A stretch of 64,000 nt of DNA from Amoebidium appalachense (lineage: Eukaryota; Protista; Ichthyosporea), in contig CAVNZM010000015.1 in the NCBI GenBank assembly GCA_963693365.1, forward strand, positions 2,666,001-2,730,000, read 5' to 3'. A program made the position numbers and the translations under genes. Positions 52,558 through 64,000 of this stretch are shown in pieces (the first letter of the stretch is position 1; each line of letters opens with the position of its first letter). The notes beneath the pieces were generated by a model that made no database searches, was not told the origin of the DNA, and saw only the letters and a program-made list of their open reading frames with translations.

Positions 52558-54713
52558 CCACTTAAATAATAGGTGCCACCTATAACTTAGGTCACGGTCC
52601 TGCCTAAATAATAGGTTCCACCCATAAATTAGGTGCCACCTATAAAATAGGTGCCACCTAAATAATAGGTGCCACCTAAATAATAGGTGCCACCTATAAA
52701 ATAGGTGCCACCTAAATAATAGGTGCCACCTAAAAAAATAGGCGCCACCTATAAATTAGGTGACACCTAAATAATAGGTGCCACCTTAATAATAGCTACC
52801 ACCATTAAGTTAGGTGCCACCTAATTAATAGGTACCATTCATAAAATAGGTGCCACCAAATTAGGTGCCACCTTTTTTGTGAGGTGCCACCTAAATGATA
52901 GGTGCCACCTAAATAATAGGCGCCACCTTGCTATAAATTAGGTGACACCTACTTGATAAATAATAGGTGCCACCTACAAATCATGAGCCACCTATAAAAT
53001 AGGTGCCACATATAAATAATATGCCACCCAACGATAGATGCCACTTAACTGAATAATAGCTGCAACCTATAAAATAGGTGCCACCTATAAATTAGGGCCT
53101 ACCTTAATAGGTGCCACCTGTAAATTATGTAAATACCGGGTGCCACCTAAATAACAAGTGCCACCTATGATATAGGTGCCACCTAAATAAGAGGTGCCAC
53201 CTAAATAATAGGAGCCACCTATAAAAGAGGTGCCATCTAAATATTACGTGCCACCCTAATAATAGGGCCACATATAAAATAGGTGCCACCTATAAATTAG
53301 GTGACACCAACGAATTAGGAGCCACCTAAATCATAGGTATGATAGGTGCCAACAATATTTTAGGTGCCACCTAAATAATAGGTGCCACCTATAAAAAAGA
53401 TGCCACCTATGTAATAGGTGCCAGGCTGAATAATAGGTGCCACCAGTAAATTAGGTGCCGCCTATAAAATAGGTGACACCTATTATTTAATGCAACCTAA
53501 CTAATAGGTGCCACCTAAATAATAAAATTAGGTGCCACCTAAATAATAGGTGCCACCCAAATAATAGGTGCCACCTATAAAATAGGTGCCACCTATAAAT
53601 TAGGTGACACCTACGAATTAGGTGCCACCTAAATCATAGTAAATCATAGGTGCCACCTATACAATAGGTGCCAACAATATTTTAGGTGCCACCTAAATAA
53701 CAGGTGCGGGCCTATAAAAAAGTAAATATTAGGTGCCACCAATAAGTTAGGTGCCACCTATAAAATAGGTGCCACCTATTATTTAGGTGCAACCTAAATA
53801 ATTAAATTAGGTGCCACCTAAATAATGCATATGGGTGCCACCTATAAAATAGGTGTCAGGGCCTAAATAATGGGTGCCACATATGAGAGAGGTGCCACCT
53901 AGATTATTTATCCTAAATAATTGGTGCCACCCATAAAATATGCGCCACCAAATTAGGTGGCACCTATTTTTTAGGTGGCACCTATTATTTAGGTGGCACC
54001 TAATTATAACATTTAGGTGCCACCTATAAATTTGGTGCCACCTACTTAGTAGGTTCCACCTATAAATTATGTGCCACCTATAAAATAGGTGCCACATGTA
54101 AATTAGGTGCGAGACTGGCAATGGCACTTTAATAATAGGTGCCACCTATAAAATAGATGCCACCCAGAAATTAGGGGCCACCTTATTCGGTGCCACCTGT
54201 AAATTAGGTGTCACCTAAATAATAGGTGCCGCCTATAAATTAGGTTCCACCTAAATAATAGGTCACCTATGATTTAGGTGCCACCTAAATAAGAGGTGCC
54301 ACCTAAATAATAGGTGCCGCAAAAAGAGGTGCCACCTGATTAGTAGGTGCCACCTATAAAATAAGTGCCACCTAAATAATAGGTGCCATCTATAAATTAT
54401 GTGCCACCTATAAAATAGGTGCCACATATAAATTAGGTGCCACCCAAATAATAGGTGGCACTTAAATAATAGGTGCCACCAATAAAATAGGTTCCACCCA
54501 GAAATCAGAGGCCACCTTATTAGGTGCCACCTGTAAATTAGGTGCCACCTAAATAATAGGTGCCACAAATAATTTAGGTGCCACCTAAATAAGAGTTGCC
54601 ACCTAAGTAATAGGTGCCACCTATAAAAGAGGTGCCACTAGGCTAACTAGTAGGACTTGGTGCCACCTATAAAATATGTGCCACCTAAGTAATAGGAGCC
54701 ACCCATAAATTAG
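52558..54713. repeat. Palindromic ~18-bp satellite, array 3
   Basis: On the order of a hundred degenerate tandem units. A short inverted patch (taggtggcaccta with T-rich spacers) lies at ~53953-54002. Confidence 0.95.
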
Positions 54714-54854
54714 GAGAGATAGACCAATTCCGGAACAATTGGAAATCCGACTCCCGGAAATTTCCATTTTCAGATATTTCCGGAAATGCTCGAAAGTCAC
54801 TGGCACAGCCAAACCTTAATTGATGTCAGGACGGTATTCAAATTCTGAAAACCT

Positions 54855-55196
54855 GATATTTCTGGAAATTCCCGGACATTATTTAATGTCAGCTAAGATG
54901 GAGATTTCCACCTGTATGATGCCAGCACTGATAGCAAGTTGAGGTACTGAATAAGTATGTATGAAGATGTAGGCTGGTTTTTCAGATACATATTGGGCCG
55001 GTGATGGTTAATTCAAAGTCCGGGCCCGGGGGTACGGGATGGCACACTAGTAATTTCCATATGGTTTATGTTCATTAAGATGTTGATATCTACTTGCATA
55101 GTTTTTGAGATCATCCTGGTCACGGTGCAAGGTACAGTTTTTTTACCACTCCATCTTAGCTGACATTAAATCATGTCCGGGATTTCCAGAAATGTC
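54855..55196. mobile_element. MITE-like element with ~48-bp inverted repeats
   Basis: gatatttctggaaattcccggacattatttaatgtcagctaagatggag (54855-54903) versus ctccatcttagctgacattaaatcatgtccgggatttccagaaatgtc (55149-55196). Related ttccggaa motifs extend leftward to ~54720. No TSD seen. Confidence 0.6.
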
Positions 55197-55789
55197 TACC
55201 ACTCCTTCCTTAGACACTGAAGCAAATATCTGGAACCGGGGGGGAGGGTGAGTAGGTGGGTGGTTAGTTGGGGGGAGGGGGGAGGGGGGGGGGGGGGGGG
55301 GTGCCACGAGGGGGGGGGGGGGGGGAGGGGTTTGGTGGGGGGGGGGGGGGGGGGGGGGGGGGTGGTACCTGTTCTATCAGTTGCCCCCTGTGGATCTGGG
55401 TTGAGCCCAGCAGCTTGCCTGTCCTTTTTTATCCGCCCGTTGGAGCCCAGGTCAAACAAAACTCCGCGATAACCCTTGTGCTGGGGGTCAGTGCAGGAAA
55501 GTCTTCGCCAACCACCTTATCATTGCTGCACAGCATCGGATATTGTGATATGGTGTCTTAATTAACTTTCTCTCAGAGTGACCTCTGTTTAATAATCATA
55601 ATCTCAACGTAGTGCCCGTTGTAATGTGTTATGATGGCCCTAGGTGTTGCTTACCATATATACATGTCCCTAGCTGCATTTGATTGGCTGTGCTGGAAAA
55701 CGCAGTAGGCCGTCAAGTGAGGATGGGCCCCAGACATGGTCCGTAGCAATAAAGAGTGTGTAATCCCCCATGAGAGAGAACCTACAATA

Positions 55790-56105
55790 TATCATAGGGG
55801 AACCGTATATTAGGGGGACCCTCAATTATTGGGGGAACCTCCACCTGCCCCCAAATTTCAAAATGAACCTTATTAATGGGGAGCACCACCGTGCGGACAC
55901 CTACACAATAGGGGAATCCAAACAATAGGGGGAACCGTTAATAATAGGGGAACACCCAGATGCACGTAAATAATAGGGGATACCTAAATAAAAGACGATG
56001 CCCAAACTATAGAGGGGGAACCTCCGGCTTTGGCGGCATCATCAGTTGGGGGGATATTGGGAGGCTAATGGGGAATCGGAAGCCAATTAGTTGGGGGAAA
56101 CCTCG
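55790..56105. repeat. Degenerate short-period repeat with (a/t)aggggg aacc core
   Basis: Recurrent atagggg(g)aacc / ttgggggaacc motifs separated by A/T spacers. Confidence 0.55.
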
Positions 56106-56113
56106 AGCTGTGT

Positions 56114-56182
<69 letters not shown>

Positions 56183-56183
56183 C

Positions 56184-56310
<127 letters not shown>

Positions 56311-56686
56311 TGTGTGTGTTTAATCGGTTCACCATCAATCCTTACACGCACACGCATTGATGCTGGAAAAAAATACACTTGCATCAATGAGATAAATTAA
56401 CATTCTGGACAAAATCGAACAGGATCGAGATACAATCTCAATCGGTTTTTTTATTTTCCATTTTCACAGTTTCAATGTCCCATTAGCTTATGTAATACAT
56501 GTATGTACAGCCATATTCCCACGACCCCCCTGCATAAATAAACTAAACAAGGCACATTTTACGTTTGTAAATGCACATTTATACCACCAATGTACCTTCG
56601 TTTCAACAAAACTTCATAACACCCCCGCAGTACATGCCGTTTTCTTTCCCCTTTTTTTCCTGAAAACGAGTACCAGTTCCCGGTCA

Positions 56687-63372
<6,686 letters not shown>

Positions 63373-63935
63373 CTGCATGGGTTAGAAGAATTAAAATTTA
63401 GACGGTATTCTAAAATAGGGGCATGTGGGCAAAAAAGCCATACAGAACATGGTTCTGCATGGGTTGAAGAATTTTGATGTCGTTTTTTTAAGACATGGGC
63501 AGGTGGGCAAAGTGGTCATATAGTGCACGGTTCTGCATGGGTTAAAGAATTTAAATGTCATTTTTTTTAAAGACAGGGGCAGGTGGGCAAAGTGGTCATA
63601 CAGAACACGGTTCTGCATGGGTTGAAGAATTTAAATGTCATTTTTTTTTAAAGACAGGGGCAGGTGGGCAAAGTGGTCATATAGTACACGGTTCTGCATG
63701 GGTTAAAGAATTTAAATGTCATTTTTTTTAAAGACAGGGGCAGGTGGGCAAAGTGGTCATATAGTACACGGTTCTGCATGGGTTAAAGAATTTAAATGTC
63801 ATTTTTTTTAAAGACAGGGGCAGGTGGGCAAAGTGGTCATATAGTACACCGCTTCTGCATGGGTTAAAGAATTTAAATGTCATTTTTTAAAAGACAGGGG
63901 CAGGTGGGCAAAGTGACACGGTTCTGCATGGGTTG
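63373..63935 (-). repeat. ~61-bp minisatellite derived from the IBA57 3' splice site and exon start (~9 copies)
   Basis: Minus-strand unit tttaaattctt(c/t)aacccatgcagAACCGTGT(A/T)CT(A/G)TATGACCACTTTGCCCACCTGCCCCTGTCT aligns with the true junction ttctaacccatgcagGGACGTGTGCTGTATGACCTCTTTGTGCACCTACCCCT. Confidence 0.88.
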
Positions 63936-64000
63936 AATTAGTTAGACGGAATATATGTGAATTTCCGTTTATCTGGTACATGAGCAAAAAAAAAAAAAAA

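Noticed and set aside
53807-54568. Trp/His-rich ORFs (RWHLLF)n
   Set aside because: They are a stop-free frame of the 18-bp satellite with no independent coding evidence.
63986-64000. Terminal A-run as a poly(A) tail or telomere
   Set aside because: It lies within an IBA57 intron at the window edge, and similar A/T runs are common in this window.

Overview
Eukaryotic genomic DNA, intron-rich and saturated with (GT/CA)n, (GA/CT)n and poly-G/poly-C tracts. Most ORFs in the supplied track are translations of these tracts. The gene content suggests a unicellular opisthokont/holozoan-like organism, but this is inference only. Six genes could be reconstructed by hand from GT-AG splice sites and reading-frame phase: a membrane-anchored C69 (secernin/dipeptidase-like) peptidase (-), Rab11 (-), an intronless pseudouridine-5'-phosphate glycosidase/pseudouridine kinase fusion (+), a USP37-like deubiquitinase with three UIMs (-), a Thg1-like protein (TLP, 3'-5' RNA polymerase family) divergent from it (+), and the 3' part of IBA57/CAF17 (-). 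Non-coding content includes a hAT/P-like MITE with an 8-bp TSD, a TTAA-flanked foldback MITE carrying E2F and CRE motifs, and several perfect inverted repeats. A ~5.6-kb region holds a palindromic ~18-bp satellite (TAGGTG-C-CACCTA) interrupted by a 5'-truncated non-LTR retrotransposon. The most notable hypotheses are: (1) an internal second mitochondrial-presequence-like linker making PsuG-PsuK a cleavable polyprotein; (2) a possibly mitochondrial TLP implying 5' tRNA editing or repair; (3) an intronic repeat with hammerhead-like core motifs; (4) a minisatellite built from copies of an IBA57 3' splice site; (5) splice acceptors in which (CA)n replaces the polypyrimidine tract.
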